39,054 bases of DNA from Thermodesulfobacteriota bacterium (GCA_039715015.1 JBDLIE010000024.1:1-39054), one strand, 5' to 3'. Counted from the stretch's first letter, positions 16,277-26,129 are shown. The notes: generated by a model from the letters alone, not told the origin. Numbers and translations are program-made.

Positions 16277-17695
16277 ATGTTGTTCTTACCAGAATTGTTC
16301 CTCCTCGGCGGCAGCCTTCTTCTCTTCTTTATTACCCTTGGAGAGGATAAAGGCACCCTGGCAAAAAATGTTACCATCGCCATTGGCCTTGTATTTACCA
16401 TTCTATGCGTCGTGGGAATAAATAATTCCGGCACTCTATTCTACGGTGCCTATGCAATCGATTTCTACTCACAGTTTTTTAAGATTATTATTGGTTTAGG
16501 TACGACCTTTGTCGTATTTCTCGCCCCGGATATCAGGGGAATTAACACCAAGGTAAAGGCTGAATATTACCTGTTTATGGTTCTATCGGTCCTTGGCCTG
16601 GTTATGCTGATGTCCAGTGCTGAGCTTCTCACTCTGTTTGTCTCCTTGGAGCTTTCTTCCTACGCACTCTATCTCATGGTGCCCATGCGTGATGACTCTA
16701 CCGGTGAGAGAAGGCAGATGGAGGCAGGCATTAAGTATGTCATGTTCGGGGTGATCTCCACCGGCGCCATGCTCTTTGGCATGTCCTATCTTTTTGGTCT
16801 CACCGGAACCACCTATTTTGTGGAACTTGTTCCTCAATTACATAGTATGTTTGCCGCCAAGCCGGTTGCTCTCCTTGCCGTGCTTCTGGTTATGGTTGGT
16901 TTCTTTTATAAGCTTGCCATCTTCCCCTTTCATTTCTGGGTTCCAGATGTCTATGAAGGGGCGGCCAATCCCACCACGTCTTTTATTGCCACCGTGCCCA
17001 AGATTGGCGCCGTGGCAATTATGATCCGTATTGTTACCTTGGCCAATCCCGGCGAAGCCAGCTGGCTGGTTCTTGTTTTGATGATCGCAGCGGTTGCCTC
17101 CATGTTTTATGGTAATCTCTCGGCCCTGGTTCAGACAGATGTCAAACGGATGCTTGGTTTTTCAGGTATTGCCCATGCCGGTTTTGTTCTTCTTGGTCTG
17201 CTGACCATGGATGAACTGGGTTATGTCCGTGCCACCTTCTATATTATTGGTTACTTATTGATGAACCTGGCCTGCTTTCTTGTTATCTGCAATGTTTCTG
17301 TGCAGGGAGAGAATGTCAGCCGTGATGATCTGAAGGGGCTTTATAAGAGATCACCCTTCCTGGCCCTGATCCTTCTGGTTGGCATGTTTGCTCTGGCCGG
17401 TATTCCACCCTTTGTAGGCTTCATCGGTAAATTCATGCTTCTCACCGGTGCCCTGCAGGCCGATCATCTGACTTTGGTTATCCTGGCCGCCCTAAATACC
17501 GCCATCGCTATTTTCTATTATCTCTCTGTTGTTCGCGTCGCCTTTACCTCGGATCCGGAAGATCGTCCTGACGTTGTGATTGGTGCTTCCACCCGGGCGG
17601 TTGGCGTGATTTTAATGGTGGTCATTGTTTACATGGGTGTTGCTCCTAACTATATTTTGAATGTCGCCAGCCAGGCCATGAAGGTCATTATGTAA
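16277..17695 (+). CDS. nuoN: Complex I-like subunit N
   Basis: SLELSSY, EAGIKY, YKLAIFPFHFWVPDVYEGA, PKIG, AGIPPFVGFIGKF. Confidence 0.97.
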   Translation: MLFLPELFLLGGSLLLFFITLGEDKGTLAKNVTIAIGLVFTILCVVGINNSGTLFYGAYAIDFYSQFFKIIIGLGTTFVVFLAPDIRGINTKVKAEYYLFMVLSVLGLVMLMSSAELLTLFVSLELSSYALYLMVPMRDDSTGERRQMEAGIKYVMFGVISTGAMLFGMSYLFGLTGTTYFVELVPQLHSMFAAKPVALLAVLLVMVGFFYKLAIFPFHFWVPDVYEGAANPTTSFIATVPKIGAVAIMIRIVTLANPGEASWLVLVLMIAAVASMFYGNLSALVQTDVKRMLGFSGIAHAGFVLLGLLTMDELGYVRATFYIIGYLLMNLACFLVICNVSVQGENVSRDDLKGLYKRSPFLALILLVGMFALAGIPPFVGFIGKFMLLTGALQADHLTLVILAALNTAIAIFYYLSVVRVAFTSDPEDRPDVVIGASTRAVGVILMVVIVYMGVAPNYILNVASQAMKVIM

Positions 17696-17718
17696 AAAAA
17701 GGCTGCTATAAATTTTTG

Positions 17719-17752
17719 AAAGGCCGCAGGTTATTAACCAGCGGCCTTTTTT
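17719..17752 (+). terminator. Intrinsic terminator of the nuo-like operon
   Basis: AAAGGCCGC-a-GGTT..AACC-a-GCGGCCTTT followed by further Ts. Confidence 0.8.
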
Positions 17753-17897
17753 ATTTATGAAGCATTGCCACCCGGGCAACGGATGAGAGCTTGACAAGTA
17801 AAAAATATTTGTTTAATAACCTTGGTAATCTGTCAGGGAGGTCTTTCCTGTAGATACTTGAGGTATGCGACACTTCCTCTCTATTGGTAATGATTGG

Positions 17898-17973
17898 GCG
17901 GACATAGCTCAGTTGGTAGAGTACAAGCTTCCCAAGCTTGGTGTCGCGGGTTCGATCCCCGTTGTCCGCTCCA
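17898..17973 (+). tRNA. tRNA-Gly(CCC)
   Basis: GCGGACATAGCTCAG...; anticodon arm CAAGC-TTCCCAA-GCTTG; GGTTCGATCC; CCA end; 76 nt. Confidence 0.98.
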
Positions 17974-18044
17974 GCCTCTCACCGCTTGAATGTGGTGTTT
18001 CTTTTGTCGGTAGGCAAAAGAAGTATTTTTGAAGTTGTACCTGC

Positions 18045-18069
18045 AAAGTGGGCTCTGCCCGCTTTTTTT
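18045..18069 (+). promoter_or_regulatory. rimP leader terminator hairpin (NusA-linked attenuator)
   Basis: AAAGTGGGC-tct-GCCCGCTTT followed by a T-run upstream of rimP, matching the widespread GTGGGC..GCCCAC rimP-leader motif. Confidence 0.75.
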
Positions 18070-18140
18070 ATTGTATCAAAAGAAGATCGGCTCACTCCTC
18101 CTTGGTTTGGTGGAGGAGCCTTTATTTAAAAGAGGTAGCT

Positions 18141-18596
18141 ATGGCCCAGAGCATGCTCTTGGACAGGCTTCATGACATTATTGAGCCCATTGCCTCTGAC
18201 CATGGTCTGGAGCTTGTTGAGGTTCAGTACCGCCAGGAACAGCATGGCTGGGTGTTGCGCATCATCATCTACAAGAAGGATGGGGTGTCTGTTGATGACT
18301 GCGCCCAGGTGAGCCGCGAGACGAGCCATGTCCTTGATGTAGAAGATGTCATTCCTTATAAGTATCATTTGGAGGTTTCCTCTCCGGGTTTGGAGAGGCC
18401 GCTTACCACCCCCCGTGATTTTGAGAGAAACCTCGGTAAAAAAATAAAGATATCCTTTGCCGATGATGATCTTGTCAGTGGCCAGGGGATTATTGATAAA
18501 GTTGACGGTGATGAAATTACTTTGAAGAGCGATAACCAGTCCCTGACCTTTACCTGCGACAAGGTAAAAAGGGCCAGATTGGTAATCGAGTTTTAA
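18141..18596 (+). CDS. rimP: Ribosome maturation factor RimP
   Basis: GVSVDDCAQVSR, YHLEVSSPGLERPL; GAGG RBS before ATG 18141. Confidence 0.96.
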   Translation: MAQSMLLDRLHDIIEPIASDHGLELVEVQYRQEQHGWVLRIIIYKKDGVSVDDCAQVSRETSHVLDVEDVIPYKYHLEVSSPGLERPLTTPRDFERNLGKKIKISFADDDLVSGQGIIDKVDGDEITLKSDNQSLTFTCDKVKRARLVIEF

Positions 18597-18649
18597 AGGG
18601 TACTCCGAGTAATATTACTAAATATCTTCACTCCACCTGGAGAAAATTG

Positions 18650-20050
18650 ATGATTACAGAGCTTAAAAGAATAATAGACCAAATCAGCCGAGATAAGGGT
18701 TTTGATCGCACCATCCTTGTTGAGGCCCTTGAGTCAGCTGTTCTTTCTGCGGCCCATAAAAAGTTTGGCCAGCGGCGCGATCTCGATGTCCGCTTTAACG
18801 AAGAATTGGGAGAGGTTGAACTTTTTCAGTTTAGAACCGTTGTCGACAAGGTCGAGGATGAACAGACCGAAGTTTCACTTAAAGAAGCAGTTTCCCTTGA
18901 TCCTGATGTGGAGATGGGTGATGAACTCGGTTCCAAGATGGATGATGTGGCTGATCTTGGCCGTATTGCAGCGCAGTCTGCTAAGCAGGTCATTATTCAG
19001 AAAATGCGCGATGCCGAACGTGATGTCATCTATGACATGTATAAGAATCGCGAAGGTGAAATCTTAAACGGTATTGTGCAGCGTTTTGAACGTGGCAATA
19101 TGGTTGTTAATCTTGGCCGCACCGATGCTCTGCTCCCCAAAAGCGAAATGATGCCGAGAAGGTCCTACCGTCAGGGGGACCGCGTACGGGCCCTGCTCCT
19201 CGAGGTTCGCGAGTCGGCCCGGGATCACCAGCTCATTCTTTCAAGAACAAGCGATCAGTTTCTGGTTAATCTTTTTACCATTGAGGTTCCGGAAATCCAC
19301 GAAGGTATTGTCAAGATTATTACCGCCGTTCGTGAGCCTGGCATGCGTGCCAAGATCGGGGTTGTCTCCTCTGAGACTGATGTCGATCCGGTCGGGGCCT
19401 GTGTTGGGATGAAGGGTTCCAGGGTCCAAAATGTCGTTCAAGAGTTACAGGGGGAGAAGATTGATATTGTGCCCTGGAGTCCAGACCCTGCCAGGTATGT
19501 GTCAAATGCCCTGTCGCCGGCTCAGGTTTCCATGGTCTCCGTTGATGAGGATAATAAGGCCTTGCTGGTGATTGTCCCTGATGATCAGTTATCCCTTGCT
19601 ATTGGTCGCGGTGGTCAGAATGTACGTCTTGCCTCCATGCTCCTTGGCTGGAAGATCGATGTGAAGAGCGAATCACGCTATGCCAAGATGGATGAGCCGG
19701 GTTTTAAAACTTTAATGCTTATTCCCAAAATGAATGATAAAAATGCCGAGATTCTTTTTGATAACGGCATTGGTCATATTGATGAACTCCTTAAGGCAGA
19801 ACCGGAAGAGGTTGCCCAGTTGCTTAAATGTGACGTTGAAGATGCCAAAGCTATCATTGAGGCGGCTGGCTCGGTAGATGTCTCTGAATTCGTTGACTTA
19901 GAGGATGAGGGCACTGAGGTTGAAGAGAAAGGAGGGGGCGAAGGAGCGCAAGAAGCCATCGAGGCTGGGGATTCAGAAGTAGAAGCCCCTTCAGACCAAA
20001 CAACTGCTGAGAGTGATGAGCAGGATGGCGAACAGGAATCTGAAGAGTAG
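18650..20050 (+). CDS. nusA: Transcription factor NusA with an acidic C-terminal tail
   Basis: GRIAAQSAKQVI, VDPVGACVGMKGSRV, LSLAIGRGGQNVRLA. Confidence 0.98.
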   Translation: MITELKRIIDQISRDKGFDRTILVEALESAVLSAAHKKFGQRRDLDVRFNEELGEVELFQFRTVVDKVEDEQTEVSLKEAVSLDPDVEMGDELGSKMDDVADLGRIAAQSAKQVIIQKMRDAERDVIYDMYKNREGEILNGIVQRFERGNMVVNLGRTDALLPKSEMMPRRSYRQGDRVRALLLEVRESARDHQLILSRTSDQFLVNLFTIEVPEIHEGIVKIITAVREPGMRAKIGVVSSETDVDPVGACVGMKGSRVQNVVQELQGEKIDIVPWSPDPARYVSNALSPAQVSMVSVDEDNKALLVIVPDDQLSLAIGRGGQNVRLASMLLGWKIDVKSESRYAKMDEPGFKTLMLIPKMNDKNAEILFDNGIGHIDELLKAEPEEVAQLLKCDVEDAKAIIEAAGSVDVSEFVDLEDEGTEVEEKGGGEGAQEAIEAGDSEVEAPSDQTTAESDEQDGEQESEE

Positions 20051-20297
20051 GAAAAAATTCCCACAGGGGCCAATGCGGACCTGTGTTATATGCCGGACAA
20101 AGGCACCTAAGAAAGAGCTGGTCAGATTTGCGCTGCCAGCGAATATTGCCGGCAGTGAAAAGAAAGGGCGCGGAGCCTATGTCTGTGTAGAGCATGACTC
20201 TGTACAGATTGAAAGATATAAAAAAAAATTAGCCAAGGCATTACGTTGTGATGCCGAGGCCTTGCATAATCATTTGATGGGCGAGAGCAGGAGCTGA
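20025..20297 (+). CDS. ylxR: YlxR/DUF448 RNA-binding protein
   Basis: PMRTCVICR..KKELVRF and GRGAYVC; lies between nusA and infB. Start uncertain. Confidence 0.85.
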   Translation: MANRNLKSRKKFPQGPMRTCVICRTKAPKKELVRFALPANIAGSEKKGRGAYVCVEHDSVQIERYKKKLAKALRCDAEALHNHLMGESRS

Positions 20298-20300
20298 GTA

Positions 20301-22985
20301 ATGAGAAAAATCAGAGTTTACGAGTTGGCCAAAGAAGCTGGTATGGACAGCAAGGATTTGACCGCCAAACTCATAGAAATGGGCTTTAGCATCAAGGCCT
20401 ATAATTCGACTCTTGATGAAGAGACTGCCGCTGACATACGCATAAAGCTTGGCATCGTCAAGGTTGATGTCGAAGAGACCCGTATTCAGAAAAAGGGCAA
20501 GACTACTATTATCAGAAGGCGGTCCAAGGTTGTTGCTGAAGCTCCTGTTGAGGAGGCCCCTGTCGAGCAGGAGGAGGCCGTTGAAGTCTCTGCACCTGAA
20601 GAGGTTGTGGAGACTGAGCCTGAGACAATCTCTGAGCCAGAAGCCGTGGTTGAGGAAGCAGCAGCTCCTGAAGTCGATACAGCAGCTGAAGCTGCAGTTG
20701 AACCCGAAGAGGTAAAAGCTGAAGCCGAGGAAGAAGGCCAGCCAGAAGAGGCTGCACCTGCTCCCGAGGTTGAAGAAAAAGTCGTTGTTGCTGAGCCAAA
20801 GGATAAAGCGGCGAAACCCGACAAGGCCAAGAAGGAAGCTGCCAAGCCTAAAAAGGGTGGTTATGCCAAGATTGTCGGGCAGGCAGTTCTTCCTATCCAG
20901 CAAGAGCCCCCCAAACGGCGGCCCAAAAAGCAGCCGGACAGGCAGAGACCTAAGCCCGGTGCCGGCCAAGCACAGCAGCCCAGCCCTGGTGCTCCAGGTG
21001 ATCAGGGCAAGAAGGGCAAAAAAGGCAAGCGAATCGTCAAGTTCACCACTGATGCAAGCCGTGGACGTAAGGGCGCTGGACGGGGCAAGGGGCAGGGTGT
21101 TGTTGATGCCGCGGAACTGGCAGCCTATGGTGGCCGGATGTCCTCAAAGGTGCGGGTGGGGCGTGGACCCCGTGGCGCCAAGAGGGGCAAGCAGAGATTA
21201 GTCGAGTCTTCCACCGTGGAGATGAAGGCCAGCAAGAGAAAGGTCAGCATGCTTGAGGCCATCACTGTTGGTGATCTGGCTCATAATATGGGGGTTAAGG
21301 CCGGTGAATTGATTGCTCAGCTCATGGGTATGGGGGTCATGGCCACCGTAAATCAGGCCATTGATTTTGACACTGCAAGTCTGGTGGCCAGCGAGTTTGG
21401 CTATGAAGTTGAGAAGAAGATGACGGAAGAGCAATCCATCATCGATCTCCAAGAGGAACAAGAGGGTGGTGAGGAGCTTCCCCGCCCACCCGTTGTTACG
21501 GTTATGGGGCATGTTGACCATGGTAAGACCTCCATCCTGGATGCCATTCGAAAGACCGATGTGGCAGCTGGTGAGGCTGGTGGTATTACCCAGCATATTG
21601 GTGCCCATTATGTTCGTTCCTCCCAGGGTGATCTTGTCTTCCTGGATACTCCCGGTCATGCCGCCTTTACGGAAATGCGTTCACGTGGCGCCCAGGTTAC
21701 CGATGTCGTTGTCCTGGTTGTTGCTGCTGATGACGGAGTGATGGATCAGACACGTGAGGCCATCAACCATGCCAAGGCTGCTGAGGTTCCCATCCTGGTG
21801 GCGGTTAATAAGATTGATAAAGAAAATGCCGATGCCATGCGGGTCATGAGTGAGCTCGCAGAGTTTGATTTGGTCCCGGAAGACTGGGGTGGTGAGACGA
21901 TTTTTTGTAAGACCTCGGCCAAGAACGGCGAAGGTATTGACGATCTCGTGGAAAACATCCTTCTGCAGACCGAAGTTCTGGAATTAAAGGCCGACCCAAA
22001 GCGCCAGGCAGCTGGCCATGTTGTTGAGGCCCAGCTCCATAAGGGCCGCGGTCCTCTGGCCACTATCCTTGTTCAGCAGGGGACCCTGCGCAAAGGCGAC
22101 TCTTTTGTGGTTGGTGATTTCAGCGGCAAGGTTCGTTCCATGCTTGATGACAAGGGTAAGGCCATCACCGAGGCGGGCCCATCAACTCCGGTAGAAGTAC
22201 AGGGCCTTTCCGGCGTACCCATGGCAGGCGATGAGTTTGTCGTGGTTAATGACGAGAAAATGGCGAAAAATGTGGCCCAGCAGCGTCAGATGAAAAAGCG
22301 TGAGACTGACCTGGCCACCGGCACCAAGATTTCCCTCGATAACCTCTTTGAGAAGTTGCAGGAAGGCGAGATGAAGGAGATTCGTATTCTCCTGCGCTCC
22401 GATGTCCAGGGTACCTTGGAGGCCTTTGGTAAGGCAGTTGAGAAGCTGGCCACCGATGAGATTAAAGTAAAAATTCTCCATGCCGGTACCGGTACCATCA
22501 CCATGAGTGATGTCCTGCTGGCCGCGGCTTCCGATGCCTTGATCATCGGTTTTAATGTCCGGCCTTCGTCTAAGGTTAACGAGCTTGCCAAGGCAGAGGC
22601 TGTTGACCTCAGGACCTATGACGTTATCTATCATGCCCTTGAGGATATCGAGTCTGCCATGGTTGGTATGCTTGAACCCACCTACGAGGAAGAGGTCATC
22701 GGCTCCGCTGAGGTCCGCGAGATCTTCTCTGTGCCCAAGGTTGGTAATATCGCCGGTTGTATGGTGGTTGACGGCAGGGTTGAGCGTAACGCCGGTGTCC
22801 GGCTGTTGCGCGACGGGGTTGTGGTTTATACAGGCTCTATTTCTTCACTGCGCAGGGTAAAAGATGACGTTAAAGAGGTCCAGAATGGCTACGAGTGTGG
22901 TATCGGCCTTGAGAACTTCAACGATGTCAAGCGCGGCGATCTTATCGAGGCCTATATTATGAATGAGGTGGCCCGTACCCTCTAG
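20301..22985 (+). CDS. infB: Translation initiation factor IF-2
   Basis: [44 protein letters not shown]. Confidence 0.99.
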   Translation: MRKIRVYELAKEAGMDSKDLTAKLIEMGFSIKAYNSTLDEETAADIRIKLGIVKVDVEETRIQKKGKTTIIRRRSKVVAEAPVEEAPVEQEEAVEVSAPEEVVETEPETISEPEAVVEEAAAPEVDTAAEAAVEPEEVKAEAEEEGQPEEAAPAPEVEEKVVVAEPKDKAAKPDKAKKEAAKPKKGGYAKIVGQAVLPIQQEPPKRRPKKQPDRQRPKPGAGQAQQPSPGAPGDQGKKGKKGKRIVKFTTDASRGRKGAGRGKGQGVVDAAELAAYGGRMSSKVRVGRGPRGAKRGKQRLVESSTVEMKASKRKVSMLEAITVGDLAHNMGVKAGELIAQLMGMGVMATVNQAIDFDTASLVASEFGYEVEKKMTEEQSIIDLQEEQEGGEELPRPPVVTVMGHVDHGKTSILDAIRKTDVAAGEAGGITQHIGAHYVRSSQGDLVFLDTPGHAAFTEMRSRGAQVTDVVVLVVAADDGVMDQTREAINHAKAAEVPILVAVNKIDKENADAMRVMSELAEFDLVPEDWGGETIFCKTSAKNGEGIDDLVENILLQTEVLELKADPKRQAAGHVVEAQLHKGRGPLATILVQQGTLRKGDSFVVGDFSGKVRSMLDDKGKAITEAGPSTPVEVQGLSGVPMAGDEFVVVNDEKMAKNVAQQRQMKKRETDLATGTKISLDNLFEKLQEGEMKEIRILLRSDVQGTLEAFGKAVEKLATDEIKVKILHAGTGTITMSDVLLAAASDALIIGFNVRPSSKVNELAKAEAVDLRTYDVIYHALEDIESAMVGMLEPTYEEEVIGSAEVREIFSVPKVGNIAGCMVVDGRVERNAGVRLLRDGVVVYTGSISSLRRVKDDVKEVQNGYECGIGLENFNDVKRGDLIEAYIMNEVARTL

Positions 22986-23014
22986 GTTGCCTGCCTCTGA
23001 TAGTTTTAGGAACA

Positions 23015-23057
23015 ACAAAGCGCACGAAGAGTCTTTCTTCATGCGCTTTGTCTTCTT
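23015..23057 (+). terminator. Hairpin/terminator after infB
   Basis: ACAAAGCGCAcGAAGA...TCTTCaTGCGCTTTGT with an interrupted T-tail. Confidence 0.55.
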
Positions 23058-23065
23058 GTAAACGC

Positions 23066-23184
23066 AAATAAGAATTTGTGAATTTGAGAAATAAGAATTT
23101 GAGTAGAAGGTACTTTTTCTTAATTAACAACCATTCCTTCTACTCAACTACTCATCTTCTTGTTTCTCAACTACTCATTACTTA
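23066..23184. repeat. Inverted pair of degenerate 7-8-mer tandem arrays
   Basis: Left arm has AAATAAGAATTTG twice (period 23); right arm has CTCAACTACTCAT twice (period 23). TTGAGTAGAAGG/CCTTCTACTCAA and TTGAGAAATAAGAA/TTCTTGTTTCTCAA are complementary. Confidence 0.7.
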
Positions 23185-23195
23185 CATTTTAGAAC

Positions 23196-23597
23196 ATGGC
23201 CAGAAATAAATCCCGCTATAGCCTGCCGCAAGAACTCGCCGCAAGCCCTAAGAGACGACCGGCCCGCGTTGCTGATATGATCCGCAATGAGGTTGCCTCC
23301 CTGCTTCTTTTTGGTGTTAAGGATCCCCGCGTTCAGAATATCACCATTGTCCGGGCCAGGGTGACAGATGATCTGCGCACGGCCCGTATCTATTTCTCCT
23401 GCCCGGCCGAACAGGCTGCCGAGGCCAAGGCTGGTTTGACCTCAGCCCGCGGTTTTATCCGTAGTCATCTGGCTAAGGAAATAAAAATGCGCTATGTGCC
23501 GGAGCTTATCTTCGAGTATGATACAAACCAGGACGAGTGTGATCGTTTAAATTCCATCTTTGAGGAGATTAAGAAAGACGATGAGTCAGCCTCCTGA
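23196..23597 (+). CDS. rbfA: Ribosome-binding factor A
   Basis: RPARVADMIR, VKDPR, DLRTARIY, GFIRSHL..MRYVPELIFEYD. Confidence 0.96.
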   Translation: MARNKSRYSLPQELAASPKRRPARVADMIRNEVASLLLFGVKDPRVQNITIVRARVTDDLRTARIYFSCPAEQAAEAKAGLTSARGFIRSHLAKEIKMRYVPELIFEYDTNQDECDRLNSIFEEIKKDDESAS

Positions 23598-24543
23598 AGA
23601 AATCCTTCAGATCCTGAAAAAAGCAGAGCGAGTGCTTATTGCCACCCATGTTTTTCCTGATGGCGACGCCTTGGGCTCCCAGCTTGCCTTGGGGTTCGCC
23701 CTGGAGTCGGCAGGCAAGGAGGTCTATTTCTACAGTGAGGAGCCTGTCAGCTATATCCTTGAATTTCTTCCCGGCTCTGATCGCCTCATTACCCAGTTGC
23801 CTGATGATGCCTTTGACTGCGCCGTGTCAGTAGATTGTGGCGACAAGAGGCGCCTCGGCAAAGAGGCAGATCAGCTTCTGCGCCACAAACCATTTGTAGC
23901 CATTGACCACCATGCCGGTCACCAGAATTTTGCCGATGTCTCCTGGGTTGACGAGTATCGCTCTTCCACTGGCGAGATGATCTACGACCTTCTCCGTCTC
24001 CTTGACTGCGAGATCAGCCAGGAAACAGCATATTGCCTTTATACAGCTATTCTCACTGATACCGGTTCCTTTAAGTACCAATCCACCACATCCCATACCC
24101 TGCGGGTTGCTGCCGATCTTCTTGATTACGGTGTCCAGCCGGCCGAGATTTGTGGCCATATTTTTGATAATTACACCAAGAACCGTTTACAGCTTCTCCA
24201 GGCTGTTTTGGGGTCGCTCTCCCTCTATGCCGAGGATAGCATCGCCTTTATTAGTGTGAGCCAGGAGTTGCTTAACAGTACCGGCACCATTCCGGCTGAC
24301 ACTGAGCTCTTTATTAATTTCCCTCGCTCCCTGAAGACTGTGAAGGTTGCCGTATTTCTCAAGGAAACGGCAGGTAATCTTGTTGGTGTTTCCATGCGGG
24401 CCAAGGGCGAGGTTGATGTGGCCGAGGTGGCCCGTAGTTTCGGCGGCGGTGGCCATCGTAATGCTGCCGGTTTTAAGGTTGCTGACTCCTCCCTCTCTCA
24501 GGTCAAAGAACAGTTGCTTGCCTCGTTACTCCCCCTCGTTTGA
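23581..24543 (+). CDS. nrnA: DHH/DHHA1 oligoribonuclease/pAp phosphatase
   Basis: HVFPDGDALGS, IDHH, TDTGSF, GGGGHRNAAG. Confidence 0.92.
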   Translation: MSQPPEEILQILKKAERVLIATHVFPDGDALGSQLALGFALESAGKEVYFYSEEPVSYILEFLPGSDRLITQLPDDAFDCAVSVDCGDKRRLGKEADQLLRHKPFVAIDHHAGHQNFADVSWVDEYRSSTGEMIYDLLRLLDCEISQETAYCLYTAILTDTGSFKYQSTTSHTLRVAADLLDYGVQPAEICGHIFDNYTKNRLQLLQAVLGSLSLYAEDSIAFISVSQELLNSTGTIPADTELFINFPRSLKTVKVAVFLKETAGNLVGVSMRAKGEVDVAEVARSFGGGGHRNAAGFKVADSSLSQVKEQLLASLLPLV

Positions 24544-25310
24544 CCATCATTGTGAGTGATCTTACCCAGATAACAGGGGTGGTGCTGGTTGATAAACCAG
24601 TGGGTCCCACCTCATTTCGAATGGTCCAGCAGGTACGGCGGGCCTTAGGGATTAAAAAGGTGGGCCATGCCGGCACCTTGGACCCTTTTGCCTCCGGCCT
24701 GCTCATTATCTGCGTCAGTCGCCCTGCCACCCGCATTATTTCCCACTTGATGGAGGGCGAGAAGGAGTATCTCGGTGTCCTGCGCCTAGGGATTGAGACT
24801 GATAGCCAGGATAGTGAGGGCAATGTTATTGCCGAACATGAGGTGCCGGAGCTTGACAGAGAAAAGATCGAGGCCTGCCTTGCCGGGTTTCGCGGCCCGC
24901 AGCTCCAGGTGCCTCCCCAATTTTCAGCCCTAAAACATAAGGGCAAGCCCCTCTATCATTATGCCCGCAAGGGGATAGTTGTAGAGAAGGAGCCGCGCCC
25001 AATAACCATTTTTTCGCTGGAATTTTTAAAAATAAGCGAAGAATATTTGCATGTCCGCGTCGTATGCAGTAAAGGGACATATGTCAGAACTCTTGCTGCC
25101 GATATTGGCAGAGCCCTTGGCTGTGGAGCCCACCTCCACCAGTTGCGCCGGACTAGGTCCGGATCGTTTGATGTCAAGGATGCCATAGATGGCTCGCTGC
25201 TAGGCGACAGTAAGGTGGCGAAACAGCTGCTTGAGGACAAGATTGTCTCTGTTGAAGAGGCCTTGGCTGTAGTCGCCAGTGACGAAAAGAATACTGACCG
25301 TTTGCAATAA
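24540..25310 (+). CDS. truB: tRNA pseudouridine(55) synthase
   Basis: DKPVGPTS, KVGHAGTLDPFASG, QVPPQFSALK, CSKGTYVRTLA. Start may be GTG 24552. Confidence 0.97.
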   Translation: MTIIVSDLTQITGVVLVDKPVGPTSFRMVQQVRRALGIKKVGHAGTLDPFASGLLIICVSRPATRIISHLMEGEKEYLGVLRLGIETDSQDSEGNVIAEHEVPELDREKIEACLAGFRGPQLQVPPQFSALKHKGKPLYHYARKGIVVEKEPRPITIFSLEFLKISEEYLHVRVVCSKGTYVRTLAADIGRALGCGAHLHQLRRTRSGSFDVKDAIDGSLLGDSKVAKQLLEDKIVSVEEALAVVASDEKNTDRLQ

Positions 25311-25604
25311 AATAAAAAAATCGCTTTGTTGGTAGGGCGGATTTTTGAAGTAACGTGTACCAATAAATCTAACCCTGAAGAGCTGGATAAGACCCTCTAC
25401 AGCTCTAAATTTATCTAAGGGTTATGGTATTTTTTTACAGTATCTATGTTTTGCGTAGATATTTCTACTAGAGGATCTAAACAAGCTGCGGGATGATGGA
25501 ATAATCACCAGGCGGCCTGGTTTTTGGTCTGGAACTGTTTCTATTTCCGGCCCCTATGCCATGCCGGTTATTACCATCTCTTGAGGCGGCATAAGGAGGT
25601 CGTT

Positions 25605-25874
25605 ATGACCCTGGAAGCAGACCAGAAGCAAGAAATTATTGCCAAGTATGGCAAAACCCCCACCGATACCGGTTCTCCAGCTGTGCAGGTTGCCCTGCTC
25701 ACTGCTCGTATTACCTATCTTACCGATCATTTTAAGACCCATAAGAAGGATCATCATTCCCGCCGCGGCCTGCTCAAGCTTGTTGGTCAGCGTCGTCGCC
25801 TTCTTAAGTATATCCAGCAGAAGGATATTACCAGGTATCGTGACCTGATTGCCGAGCTCGGTATCAGGAAGTAA
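25605..25874 (+). CDS. rpsO: 30S ribosomal protein S15
   Basis: [41 protein letters not shown]. Confidence 0.99.
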   Translation: MTLEADQKQEIIAKYGKTPTDTGSPAVQVALLTARITYLTDHFKTHKKDHHSRRGLLKLVGQRRRLLKYIQQKDITRYRDLIAELGIRK

Positions 25875-25881
25875 GTCGTAT

Positions 25882-25916
25882 CCTGGGCCGGCCCTGTGAG
25901 GCCGGCCCAGGTTTTT
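25882..25916 (+). terminator. Intrinsic terminator after rpsO
   Basis: CCTGGGCCGGCC-ctgtga-GGCCGGCCCAGG-TTTTT. Confidence 0.85.
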
Positions 25917-25956
25917 ATTAAGTTGCAGAAATAAAAGAGCACGGTGTTTCAAGGAG

Positions 25957-26017
25957 CACGGAGCTCACAAAGACCACGAAGCTATCTGACAGTGTCGTGT
26001 GCTTGGTGACCTTCGTG
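25957..26017. repeat. Inverted pair of 3x 9-bp-period repeats
   Basis: CACGGAG/CACAAAG/CACGAAG starting at 25957, 25966, 25975; TGTCGTG/CTTGGTG/CTTCGTG ending at 25999, 26008, 26017. Confidence 0.65.
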
Positions 26018-26034
26018 GCAACACGAACACCTGT

Positions 26035-26092
26035 GTCACAGAATCCAGGGCGCTCCATGGGCTTGAGCATGAACCGCCCTGGGGTCTGTGAC
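26035..26092 (+). promoter_or_regulatory. Long hairpin in the pnp 5' leader (candidate RNase III site)
   Basis: GTCACAGA-at-CCAGGGCG...CGCCCTGG-gg-TCTGTGAC ending 37 nt before the pnp ATG. Confidence 0.6.
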
Positions 26093-26129
26093 GTGTATTT
26101 AGATCTGCACCATACATACAGGAGATTCC

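Noticed and set aside
17791..17820. Sigma70 promoter for tRNA-Gly/rimP
   Set aside because: TTGACA is perfect but no good -10 falls at 16-18 nt spacing, so it was not called.
20241..20969. Long antisense ORFs over infB, and similar ones over mpl, nuo, pnp and cobT
   Set aside because: They are shadows produced by codon bias and low-complexity sequence on the coding strand.
23066..23184. CRISPR array interpretation of the short repeats
   Set aside because: Units are short, degenerate and inverted, without unique spacers; no cas genes.
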